DNA of 64,000 nucleotides from Malacoraja senta (Eukaryota), in NCBI GenBank assembly GCA_038087875.1, contig CM075989.1, positions 5,270,001 to 5,334,000 of the forward strand. The letters are read 5' to 3'. The notes below the pieces were generated by a model that worked only from the letters and a program-made list of their open reading frames with translations, searched no databases and had not been told where the DNA came from. Each line of letters opens with the position of its first letter. The first letter of the stretch is position 1. Positions 26,393 through 38,698 of this stretch are shown in pieces. A program made the translations under genes and the position numbers.

Positions 26393-26816
26393 CTCAAGAG
26401 AATTGTTTGATTGATTGCAATTCACAGCATGGAGACAGGCCCTTCACCCCATCTAATCCACCGACCATTTGTCATCCGTTCACACTAAATCCATGTTATC
26501 CCATTTTCTCAACCATTCCCACACACAAGGGACAATTTACAGAGGCCAATTAACCTACCAACGCGATCGTCTTTGGAGTGTGGGAGGAAATCAGAGCACC
26601 AATAGGAAACCCAAGCGGTCATGGGGAGAACGTGCAAACTCCACTCAGAAAGCACCTGAGGTCAGGATCGAACCTGCTCCCCTGGCACTGGGAGGCAGTG
26701 GTTCTACCAGCTGCGCCACTGTACCACCTCTGTATAACGGGAGATAGATCCATGATAGCCTCCGCCAAACTAAGACTTGGGCGGCATGGTGACGCAGCGG
26801 TGGAGTTGCTGGTATA

Positions 26817-27398
26817 AAGGCCTGTCTCACGAGTCTGCGGTCATTGGCGGCGAAACGGGAAGAATCTGCCGCCATAGTCCGCGCACTCGTGAGAACGCAC
26901 AATTCCGGGGCCATGCGGCGGTGTTCCCAACACCGCACGGTGCTAAAATAAAACCTACAATGTCGAAAACTATATTCTTACCGCACAGCCTCCACCAGTG
27001 ATGCACGAGTGCGGCACGGCCGCCCGCACGGGCTGCCGCCAGTGTGGCTCGAGCGCCGTGCATCAAACTTCCACTGCCACAGCCTCCGCCAGTGAGGCAC
27101 GTGTGCGGCACGGCCGCAGGCACAGCCACCGCTACAGCGCCGCGATCAGGACAGCCGCCGCCACAGCCGCCGCTGTGAGTCACGTGCGGCGGGCCGACGT
27201 CATCGCAGTCGGCCCGCCCTTTTTTTTACTTACCGCAAGCACGTGGGACCCGCCGTATTTGAATTACTCGGCCCCCGCGCAGCATTCGTGCGGCGCTCCC
27301 GTGGATAGGCTCGGCGCTCTCGCTGTTGCCGTGCGGTCCCCTCTACCGGCGACGCCGCGCTTCACCGCCGATGACCGCAAACAGGTAGGACAGAGCCT
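26817..27398. mobile_element. Long CpG-rich Harbinger-type MITE inserted in a V-SINE head
   Basis: Imperfect TIRs AAGGCCTGTCTCAC / GTAGGACAGAGCCT with sub-terminal inverted TGCGGTCATTGGCGG / CCGCCGATGACCGCA. Right flank TTA, left flank ATA. The SINE resumes with TTACAGCGCCAGAGACC. Confidence 0.7.
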
Positions 27399-27505
27399 TT
27401 ACAGCGCCAGAGACCTTTGTTTGATCCTGACTACGGGTGCTGTCTACGACGGAGCTTGTACGTTCTCCCCGTGACCATGTGGGTTTTCTCCTCGTGCTCC
27501 GATTT

Positions 27506-28352
27506 CATAGAAAACATAGACATAGAAAATAGGTGCAGTAGGAGGCCATTCGGCCCTTTGAGCCAGCGCCGCCATACATTGTGATCATGGCAGACCATCC
27601 ACAATCAGTAACCCGTGCCTGCCTTCTCCCCATATCCCTTGATTCCGCTAGCCCAAAGAGCTCTAACTAACTCTCTTTTAAATTAATCCAGTGAATTGGC
27701 CTCCACTGCCTTCTGTGGCAGAGAACTCCACAAATTCACAACTCCCTGGGTGAAAACGTTTTTTCTCATCTCAGTTTTAAATGGCCTCCCCTTTATTCTT
27801 AGACTGTGGGCCCTGGTTCTGGATTCCACCAACATTGGGAACATTTTTCCTGCATCTAGCTTGTCCAGTCCTTTTATAATGTTATATGTTTCTATAAGAT
27901 GCCCTCTCATGCTTCTAAATACCAGTGAATACAAGCCCAGTCTTTCCAATCTTTCCTCATAAATCAGTCCTGCCATCCCGGGGATTAACCTGGTGAACCT
28001 ACGCTGCACTGCCTCAATCACAAGGATGTCCTTCCTCAAATTAAGAGACCAAAACTGCACACAATACTCCAGATGTGGTCTCACCAGAGCCCTATACAAC
28101 TGCAGAAGGACCTCTTTACTCCTATACTCAAATCCTCTTGTTATGAAGGCCAACATGCCATTAGCTTTCTTCACTGCCTGTTGTACCTGCTTGTTTATTT
28201 TCAGTGACTGGTGTACAAGGACACCCAGGTCTCATTGTACTTCCCTTTTTCCTAATCTAACATCATTAAGATAATAATCTGCCTCCTTATTCTTGCCACC
28301 GAAGTGGGTAACCTCACATTTATCTACATTATACTGCATCTGCCATGCATCT
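27506..28352 (-). mobile_element. CR1/HER1-type LINE, 5'-truncated
   Basis: ORF 27683-28174 (KKANGMLAFI...LVRPHLEYCVQFWS...RVVNLW-like) plus 3' stem-loop and tail. Confidence 0.9.
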
Positions 28353-28373
28353 AAATTCTTAATGCACACTTAA

Positions 28374-29515
28374 ACAAACTTAAAGCACACGGTATTGGGG
28401 TTCAGTATTGATGTGGATAGAGAACTGGCTGGCAAACAGAAAGCAAAGAGTAGGAGTAAACGGGTCCTTTTCACAATGGCAGGAAGTGACTAGTGGGGTA
28501 CCGCAAGGCTCAGTGCTGGGACCCCAGCTATTTACAATTTATATTAATGACCTGGATGAGGGAATTGAAGGCAACATCTCCAAGTTTGCGGATGACACTA
28601 AGCTGGGGGGCAGTGTTAGCTGTGAGGAGGATGCTAGGAGACTGCAAGGTGACTTGGATAGGCTGGGTGAGTGGGCAAATGTTTGGCAGATGCAGTATAA
28701 TGTGGATAAATGTGAGGTTATCCACTTTGGTGGCAAAAACAGGAATGCAGACTATTATCTAAATGGTGGCTGATTAGGAAAAGGGGAGATGCAGCGAGAC
28801 CTGGGTGTCATGGTACACCAGTCATTGAAAGTAGGCATGCAGGTGCAGCAGGCAGTGAAGAAAGCGAATGGTATGTTAGCTTTCATAGCAAAAGGATTTG
28901 AGTATAGGAGCAGGGAGGTTCTACTGCAGTTGTACAGGGTCTTGGTGAGACCACACCTGGAGTATTGCGTACAGTTTTGGTCTCCAAATCTAAGGAAGGA
29001 CATTATAGCCATAGAGGGAGCGCAGAGAAGGTTCACCAGACTGATTCCTGGGATGTCAGGACTTTCATATGAAGAAAGACTGGATAGACTTGGCTTATAC
29101 TCGCTAGAATTTAGGAGATTGAGAGGGGATCTTATAGAAACGTACAAAATTCTTATGGGGTTGGACAGGCTAGATGCAGGAAGATTGTTCCTGATGTTAG
29201 GGAAGTCCAGGACAAGGGGTCACAGCTTAAGGATAAGGGGGAAATCCTTTAAGACCGAGATGAGAAAAAACTTTTTCACACAGAGAGTGGTGAATCTCTG
29301 GAACTCTCTGCCACAGAGGGTAGTTGAGGCCAGTTCATTGGCTATATTTAAGAGGGAGTTAGATGTGGCCCTAGTGGCTAAGGGGATCAGGGGGTATGGA
29401 GAGAAGGCAGGTACGGGATACTGAGTTGGATGATCAGCCATGATCATATTGAATGGCGGTGCAGGCTCGAAGGGCCGAATGGCCTACTCCTGCACCTATT
29501 TTCTATATATCTATG
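28374..29515 (+). mobile_element. Young CR1/HER1-type LINE, 5'-truncated, with RT core
   Basis: GVPQGSVLGP and FADD RT motifs. ORFs 28408-28773 and 28789-29424 are in the same frame, separated by one TGA (28771-28773). 3'UTR stem-loop intact. Confidence 0.93.
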
Positions 29516-30703
29516 TATCTGCCCACTCACTCAACCTATCCAAGTCACCCTGCAACGTCCTAGCATCCTCTTCGCATTCACACTGCCACCCACCAAGGTG
29601 GGCCAATGGGCTTGTTTCTGTGCTGTATCTCCAAACTAAACTGAACTAAACTTTCTGAGTTAACAATTTGAAGGGGCCTTGTGGTAATAGAAACATAGAA
29701 AATAGGTGCAGGAGTAGGCCATTCGGCCCTTCGAGCCAGCTGATTTCGGATGATCAGCCATGATCATATTGAATGGGGGTGCTGGCGGTCGAAGGAGGTC
29801 TTCTACTTAGCCGAAGGAGGTCTTCAACATGTCATTTTTTCAAACTCTACTAAACTCGCCAATTAGGTTGCCCAAGTGGGACAGCCCCTTAACCCCATTC
29901 TCCTGCCTTCTCCCCAGCGCTGTGCCACTGTGCTGCCTGACGGCTGTTCAGCTGAAAAAAACATTTTCAATGCACCAAACAAATTTATATTTCCAGCCAG
30001 CGATCCTCCGGCAGTCAAATGGAGCATGACAGGAGTAGAGTGAAAGTGTACCTCACAAAGCAGGCACAGATATTGGCAGCTGGATGAGTTGGCCACCAAT
30101 TGATCTCAGTGGTGCCAAAACCATTTACAAAGCAAGAGAAAATAAATGCTTTGGCCTCGAATCCTTCAAAACAAATGGAATATCAAATGGTAGACATTCT
30201 ATTTAAAGCTCTAGAATCAAAATCCTGAATTGCCTCAGGGTCCTTCAAAGAACTCAGTGGAAATTAGACTAGGATCAAGAGCAAATCAAGAATCAAATCA
30301 CGGGCGGCCACGGTGGCGCAGCGGTAGAGTTGCTGCCTCACAGCGCTTGCAGTGTCAGAGACCTGGGTTCGATCACGTCTGTACTGAGTCTGTACCGGGT
30401 TTGTACGTTCTCCCCATGACCGCGTGGGTTTCTCCGAGATCTTCGCTTTCATCCCACCCTCCAAAGACGTGCAGGTATGTAGGTTAATTATCTTGGTGTA
30501 TGTATAAAAATTGTCCCTAATGTGTGTAGGATAGTGTTAATGTGCGGGTAACGCTGGTCAGTACGGACTCGGTGGGCCGAATGGCCTGTTTCCGCGCTAC
30601 ATCTCTAAACTAAATTAAACTAAATAGACTGCTGCTGACGTCGCCATGGTGATAAATGAAGATGTGCATGTTTGCATGCAAATACATGACCCTAAATGCT
30701 GCC

Positions 30704-30897
30704 CATAGCAAAAGGATTTGAGTATAGGAGCAGGGAGGTTCTACTGCAGTTGTACAGGGTCTTGGTGAGACCACACCTGGAGTATTGCGTACAGTTTTGG
30801 TCTCCAAATCTAAGGAAGGACATTATAGCCATAGAGGGAGCGCAGAGAAGGTTCACCAGACTGATTCCTGGATGTCAGGACTTTCATATGAAGAAAG
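30704..30897 (+). repeat. Near-identical local copy of internal CR1 segment 28884-29078
   Basis: Direct comparison shows identity except one missing G. No LINE 3' tail. Confidence 0.85.
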
Positions 30898-31065
30898 CTC
30901 AGACAGCATCTCTGGAGAAACGGAATAGGTGACGTTTCGGGTCGAGGCCCTTCTTCAGAAAGCGCATCGTGCCAATTGAAAGAAGCCATGTTGGATTTAT
31001 TCTCTCTTTGGCACAGGAATGTACCCCAAGGCTCCTCTCCGAAACAAAAGGAGAAAGGTTGTAAG

Positions 31066-31348
31066 CTCCACCATAAATTGGAGGAGCAGCACCTCATATT
31101 TCGCTTGGGCAGTTTACACCCCAGCGGTATGAACATTGACTTCTCTAATTTCAGGTAGTCCCTGCTTTCTCCTCCCCTTCCCAGCTCTCCCTCAGCCCAC
31201 TGTCTCCGCCTCTCCCTTTCATATTCCCACCCCCCCCCCCACCCTCACATCAGTCTGAAGAAGGGTCCCGATCCGAAACGTTGCCTATTTCCTTCGCTCC
31301 ATAGATGCTGCCTCACCCGCTGAGTTTCTCCAGCATTTTTGTCTACCT
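31066..31348 (+). mobile_element. Penelope-like element 3' end
   Basis: HHKLEEQHLIFRLGSLHPSGMNIDFSNFR* (stop at 31158), a C-rich UTR, then the hammerhead-like core CTGAAGAAGGGTCCCGATCCGAAACGTT from 31255. Confidence 0.8.
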
Positions 31349-33328
31349 AAGCTAAATTCAAACGTCATTATGAAGGTATGTTAAAAATTGACCAACGATT
31401 AAAGATTTGATCATGCTCTTTGTTTGTGAATGGCCTTTATTGAGGAGTGCACTCATTTCTACAGAGGGTGATAGAACCATGACCCCCCCCCCCCCCCCCC
31501 CAACACCACTAATTAAGATTTTCTGAGCCAAGAGAGGGGGTAATGGGGATTGCCTTTATAACCAAACCAAAGGACAGTATCTCCAACTATATAATTCACC
31601 CCCAGTTTTACTCCAAACTGCTAGAGGGTGGAGGGGAGGGGAACTAGTGGTGGGTCCTGGGTTATTGAAGTCACGGTTATCAGTGCGATGGCAAGAAATG
31701 ATGATATAGTGACAAATAACTGGAGATGCTGGTTTATACCGACGAAAGAAATGATTCTTGTCCGAGTGAGTGGAGTTAAATAAATGGAGAGGATTGCGGG
31801 AGAGGGTGGCAGTGCTGGACGGGATTATAGAAACAATGGGAAGGTTTGAATTGACGTAGCGCCTTTTGAGACCTTTAGTCAGAGGGTGATGAATCTGTGG
31901 AATTCTTTGCCACAGAGGGCTGTGGAGGTCAAGTCAGTGGATATTTTTATGGCAAAGATAGATAGATTCTTGATTAGTATGGGTGTCTGAGGTTATGGGG
32001 AGAAGGCAGGATAATGGGGTTAGGAGGGAGAGATAGATCAGCCATGATTGAATGGTGAAGCAGACTTGATGGGCCAAATGGCCTGATTCTACTCCTATTC
32101 CTTATGACCTGATGACCTCAGAACATGCTACAGTGAAACATAACCCCAATATATAGTCTCGAGTCTCCCTCTCCCCTGACTCTCAGTCTGAAGAAGGGTC
32201 TTGACCGAATAGACAATAAATAGACAATAGACAATAGACAATAGGTGCAGGAGTAAGCCATTTGGCCCTTCGAGCCAGCACTGCCATTCAATGTGATCAT
32301 GGCTGATCATCCCCAATCAGTACCCTGTTCCTGCCTTCTCCCCATATCCCCTGACTCTGCTATTTTTAAGAGCCCTATCTAGCTCTCTCTTGAAAGCATC
32401 CAGAGAACCTGCCTCCACTGCCCTCTGAGGCAGAGAATTCCACAGACCCGAAACGTCGCCCATTCCTTCTCTCCAGAGATGTTGCCTGATCCACTGAGCT
32501 ACTCCAGAAATAGGCACAAAATGCTGGAGCAACTCAACGGGACGGGCAGCATCTCTGGAAGAAGGAATGGGTGACATTTTGAGTTGAGACCCTTCCTTAG
32601 ACTCCAGCCATTTGTGTCTACCTTCGGTGTAGACCAGCATCTGCAATTCCTTCCTACACTTCAAAGCCTCCTTTGGTAGTAACATGGGGATAGAGAGATG
32701 GGAGGAGTGGGGGGCTCATGCAATGGACCACACATGCCCCGCGAACCTGCCTCTGGACAGTGAGCTTGGTAAATATAACAAAACAATGGTCGACTGTCAG
32801 ATAATCACCTGGAGATCAAAGAAACGTAACCAAAATAACGTACTGAATCCTCCCTATTCTGCGAGGAGCAGAATGCCTTTATTGCCCTTCAGGTCTGAAC
32901 ATTCTTTCATGAGTTGACCCTTTGCTCTTTTCTAAGAGCTGTTGGAACAATGGTTCTATTTTCCTCGGTGGAGCAGCCTCTCTCGATGGCTGGTCCCGAC
33001 ATTGCCTGAGGAAGCATGGCAATCTCTGCAACTAATCAGGAGTTCTCTGCAGGGAGTTAATTGGTGCCTGTGGGATGTTTATTGTTGTAAGTGGCGGTTC
33101 ACTGTGCAAAAGCTACCTGGAATAATTGAGACAAGTGAGAATTGGCCCTCTCAGCATTTGATGGCCCTCATAAATAAGTGGCATTTTTTGTTCTGTCAGC
33201 AATCAAAATTCTTGAACTTACCTCCAAAAGTTAAGTTTAGTTTAGCTTAGTTTAGTTTTGTTTAGTTTCGTTTAGGTTAGTTTAGAGAAACAGCACGGAA
33301 ACTAATTGGGAGGAGCAGAGGGCACTGC

Positions 33329-33938
33329 AATGAATGAATGAATGAATACGTTTATTGGCCAAGTATTCACATACAAGGAATTTGCCTTGGTGCTCCGCCC
33401 ACAAGTGACAATATGATACACAGTGACAGTTTGGAATGACACATAAAACATTCAACATTAACAATAAAACATTATCGATTAAACATGTGAATTAAATAAA
33501 ATACCAGAGCAAAAGGAGGCTACAGATTTTTGGTTATTGATTAGAGCTACTACTCGTGGAAAAAAGCTGTTTTTATGTCTGGCTGTGGCAGCTTTGACAG
33601 TCTGGAGTCGCCTTCCAGAGGGAAGTGATTCAAAGAGTTTGTGGCCAGGGTGAGAGGGGTCAGAGATGATCTTACCCGCTCGCTTCCTGGCCCTTGCAGT
33701 GTACAGTTCGTCAATGGAGGGAAGGTTGCAGCCAATAACCTTCTCAGCTGATCGGACGATTTGCTGCAGCCTCCAGATGTCGTGCTTGGTGGCTGAGCCA
33801 AAGCAGACCATGATGGAGAAGGTGAGGGTAGATTCTACAATGGCCGTATAGAATTGGACCGTCATTGCCTGTGGCAGATTGTGTTTCCTCAGCTGGCGCA
33901 GGAAGTACATCCTCTGTTGGGCCTTTTTGACTGTGGAG
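33329..33938 (-). mobile_element. Rex1/Babar-like LINE 3' fragment
   Basis: KKAQQRMYFLRQLRK...IISDPSHPGHKLFESLPSGRRL...KNSFFP; (ATTC)n tail at 33329-33347. Confidence 0.85.
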
Positions 33939-35854
33939 GCAAGGACCACACATGCCACGTAAACCTTCCTCTGGACAAAATAATTAGGGTTAGGAGGGAG
34001 TGATAGATCAGCCATGATTGAATGGTGGAGTAGACTTGATGGGCTGAATGTCCTAATTCTGTACCTATTACTTATGACATGACCTTATGAAACAGGCCTT
34101 TTGGCCCATCGTGTCCACACCACCCAGCGATCCCCGTTCGTTAACACTATCCCACACACACTAGGGACAATTTTACATTTGTACCAAAGCCAATTAACCT
34201 ACAAACCCGTACGTCTTTGGAGCGTGGGAGGAAACCGAAGATCTCGGAGAAAACCCACACAGGTCGGCTGCAGGAGGCGCCCCCGGAATGCGAGGCGGTG
34301 GGCAGAGGAGAGGGACGTGGGGCATGCAGCAGCCCTGGCCACACCAGCAGCCTCCCCCTCCCACCCTCCCTCAGTCTTCTCCACTCCAATGATCCTCTCC
34401 CCATTAGATAAATCCTAGGCAACATCCTGATAAAAGTCTTCTGCATCATCTCCAGTACAATCACATTCTTTCTAAAGTGTGGTGACCACAACTGCACGTA
34501 ATAGTCCAACTGAGGCCGAACTAATGTTTTATAAAATTGCATCTCTCTTCTGCGTCCCAGCAAGTGCCTCATACACTTTGTCTCTTGGGTAAGTTCAATT
34601 AAACCTCCACCTATCAAACAGAAAGAGACTGAAAGAGATGCAACTTCCACCCATTTGCCTAATCAGGCAACTGAACCATCCTATCTACTGGAGAGCGGTC
34701 CTGAGTTACTATCTACATTGGACACTCCCGGACTATCTATAATCAGACTTTATTGGACGTTTTTTTGCACTTAATATTATTTCCTTTATCTTGTATCTGT
34801 ACACTGACTCGATTGTGATTATGTATTGCCTTTCCGCTGACTGGATAACACGCAAGAAAAGCTTTTCACTGTACCTCGGTACACGTGACGGTAAACTAAA
34901 CTAAACTAATCCCTAACACCTGGTCTCAACCAGTCATAGTTTAAAGACACAAAAAGCTGGAGTAACTCAGCGGGACAGGCAGCATCTCTGGAGAAAAGGA
35001 ATAGGTGACGTTTCGGGTCGAGAACCTTCTTCAGGCTGAGAGTGAGGGGAAAGGGAAACAAGAGATATAGACGGTGATAGAGAGCGATGTAGAACAAATG
35101 GATGAAAGAGATGCAAAAAAGAGACGATGGTAATGGAAACAGGTCCGTTAGAAATGAAGAGGTCTAAAGAGGGTGGAAGGCCATCCTGATGAGGCCAAGG
35201 TCCAAGAGGAGGGGGACCGATGGAGACGGGAGAAAGGGTCAGTTGGAAATGATGAGGTCTGAAGAGGATAAATTCAGTTTCAGTTTCATTGAATTGTATG
35301 CAAAATGATCGCAACTTAAATTGCTTCATAACAACATTGGAACCCTCCCCCCAACACCTTGTGTCTTTGGAAGGCAAATCAGTACTTGCTGTAGGAGTAT
35401 CTCAGAAGAGACCTTACTGTGTCCACAATGGCCACTTTGAGTTCACACTGACCACACATGTGAGCCCATCTCTGGCCCTTCACTACACTGTGAACTACTG
35501 GGTACATTCCACAGCTACTTGTCAGTCACAGGCAGATTCCCTTCAGGCTTCTGGCAGTTATTTATTCTGTTGACTTTCCTCTTGACAATCTTTATGGACC
35601 TCCCAAGTGCCTCAGGAAGCCGGCGCAAGAATAACTGATCAATGACTCTACGAGGTTACGAGACTTTTACACCTGGAGTTCAATCGCACATCCCTCGAGC
35701 CTTTGACATTCCCATAAATCACTGGAAATTCTTGACGAATTCAGGGAGATTTGGAAAGTGTAGAGTCTAGTGGGAAACTGGGTAGCTGGAGCTGTTGAAA
35801 ATCAAGAGCAACGAGTGTTTAATTATCATATACATGGAGATAGGAACAATATTT

Positions 35855-36732
35855 AAGGTAAAGTCCAGTAAAGTCCAATCAACGATAGTCCAAGGGTCTC
35901 CAATGAGGTAGATAGTAGCTCAGGACTGGTCTCTAGTTGGTGATAGGATGCTTCAGTTGTGTGATAACAGCTGGGAAGAAACAGTTCTTGCATCTGGAGG
36001 TGTGTGTTTTCACACTCTTGCTTGATGGGAGAGGGGAGAAGAGGGAATGACCTGGGCGAGACTGTGCTGGTGGCCTTGCCAAGGCAGTGTGAGGTGTAAA
36101 TGGAAGGTTTGTGTGATGGTCTGGGCTGTGTCCACTGCTCTCTGCAATTTCTTGTATGGCGCTGTTCTTGGATGGAGCTGTTCCCAAACCTTGCTGTGAT
36201 GCATCCCGATAAAATGCTTTCAACGGCGCATCTGTAGACATTGATGAGAATTGTTGGGTTCTTGTCAAACATTCTAAAGGGCCTGTCCCACTTACGTGAT
36301 TTTTTCAGCGACATGCCGGCACCCGTCATAACCGCAGCAGGTCGCCGAAAATGTTCAAAATGTTCAAAATCCAGCAGCGACCAGAAAAAAGCACGACCTT
36401 TTGGGCGACTACTCACGACCATACAGGCGTCATGTGTCGACATGTTGTGGGGTGACGCCTGTATGGTCGTGAGTAGTCGCCCAAAGAGTCGTGCTTTTTT
36501 CTGGTTGCCGCTAGATTTTCAACGTTTTTTTAATTTTCAGCGACCTGCTGCGACTATGACGGGTGCCGGCAAGTCGCCGAAAAAAATTGCGTAAGTGGGA
36601 CAGGCCCTTAATCCTTCTAAGGAAGTAGAGGCGTTGGCGTGTTTTCTTGGCCATTGCTTCGATATGGGTGGTCCAGGACAATTTGCCCGTGATATTTACT
36701 CCTTGGAATTTGAAGCTTTCAACCATTTCGAC
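35855..36732 (-). mobile_element. Degraded Rex1/Babar-like LINE interrupted by a MITE
   Basis: EMVESFKFQGVNIT..LSWTTHI..KKTRQRLYFLRR lies on one side of the MITE and YRCAVESILSGCITA.FG on the other. Confidence 0.75.
36278..36608. mobile_element. PIF/Harbinger-type MITE
   Basis: TIRs AGGGCCTGTCCCACTTACG / CGTAAGTGGGACAGGCCCT, almost fully palindromic; TAA TSD (36275-36277 and 36609-36611). Confidence 0.85.
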
Positions 36733-38698
36733 CAGAGCACTGTCAAATACACACCGGGGTATGTGTACCGCTTTATGTACTTGCTGTAGCTTTACTGGCA
36801 AAGTAACGCAACAGCACGCCAAATATATATACAATCATCAATTATACAATAAATTATCAGTAATACCATGCAACCAGACCATCATAATGCAAGCCAAACT
36901 CTGCAGTGCAGCTTCAACAAAGTCCATTGTAGCTTGTTGGTTAGGGTTTAGTTTAGAGAAACAGCACGGAAACAGGCCCTTTGCCCAACGAGCCAATTAA
37001 CCTCCAAACCTGTAGGAAGAAACTGCAGATGCTGGTTTAAGCCAAAGATAGACACAAAAAGCTGGAGTAACTCAGCTGGTCAGACAGCATTCTCTGGAGA
37101 AAAGGAATGGGTGATGTTTCGGGTCGAGACCCTTCTTCAGACTGCAGTAGGGTCAAGACCCTTTTTCAGACTTCAATCAATCAATCAATCAGATTTATTG
37201 ATCACATACACAATGAAGTGCAGTGAAATGAATTTGCCAGCAGCGGTACAATAAAAAAGAACACACAATACACAATAAAGATTTAACACAAACATCCACC
37301 ACAGCATTCTTCACTGTGGTGGAAGGCACAAAGTATAGTCAGTCCTCCTTCATTTTCACCCGTGATCGGGGCCATAACCTCCGCAGTCGCCGCTGTGGGC
37401 GGCCAGATGACAGGCCCTCTCGTCTGGAAGGTCAGTCCCGAATCGGTGCTTCCCTACCAGAGACCGCGGCTTCAGGATGATGTAGGCCGCAGGCCGGCGA
37501 GGGATCCCGCTCCGGATGGTAAGTCCACGCCGCGTCCACTTCATGCTGAAGGGCCTGTTTCCATGCTGTATCTCCAAAAAAAACCCACTGCTCCAATGTA
37601 AACAAATTTAGATTTCCGTGTTACAACTTGATGCTGACGGATGAACATCCAACCCCTATGCTTCTTCTGCAGGATAGTTGAACAGGATAGATAGAAGAGT
37701 CATTAAACCAGAGATTGGCAGCTAATGATTTGAGAAAGATGGAATCTAAGTCAATGTCACGAAAGGACATGTTTCTGCAAGATTCCAATGCTTAATGGAT
37801 AAAACACCAGCACTTGTAAAGCATGCTGACATAGTTTGGAAAATTGAACAAACATTTACTTATTTAATTACAGCCCATCCTGGGAGTGATGTTTAGAGTT
37901 CCCAACTGGAGTCTCCTCAGGTGTCATGGCAGTCCCATTACTGTGTGTAAGGACCAGCCATCTCCTTCCCCTTGGTTAAAGCCCCACATGACTCTCAGCT
38001 GCTACTTGCACCAGTCTGCTGTTTTACACTCATCATTGTATTTATTGTTGTATTTATCATGAATACGAATATTGATTTCTCCAACTTCAAGTAATCTTTG
38101 CATCTTCCTCTCTCTCCATCCCTCCGCTACCCTAGTCTTCGTGCTAGTTACACTGTCGTCCTGTTGAGTTTCACTGTTTGCACAACTCGTTATCACCTTC
38201 CCCACTGCCAACAATGGACCATTGTGGGCTCCACCTTTCCTTGATCATCTTTGCTTTTTGCATGTCTTTCATTCATTTTGATCAATGTACCTCTCGTTTC
38301 CCTCTTCCCTGTCTCCCAGTCTGAGGAAGGGTCCCGACCCGAAATGTCACCTATTCCTTTTCTACAGAGATGCTGCCAGACCCCGTTGAGTTACTCTGGC
38401 ATTTTTTTGTCTATCTTCGGTTTAGACCAGCATCTGCAGTTCCTTCCGACACACCATCATCGCACTTTGTCCACTGTATGCTTCATGTGGACAATCATGT
38501 CTAAGTGTGCTTACTGTGAACAAGGAATTTCATTGCGTCCTGGCTGGCGAATATGACAATACACTGATTTCATCCGATCTGAGTGTCTAAAGGCTTGGTC
38601 ACAGATGCAGCCAAGGGGCAGGGATGTTGCATGCTCACCATCTGTGGTGTTTCCAATACGGCAACTGCTATAACCGTACATGGTATCCTTTCTTTCAG

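Noticed and set aside
26777..27474. GC-rich overlapping ORFs and CpG-island-like patch as a gene or promoter
   Set aside because: Almost entirely within a TIR-bounded MITE nested in a SINE; the open frames reflect low stop-codon frequency.
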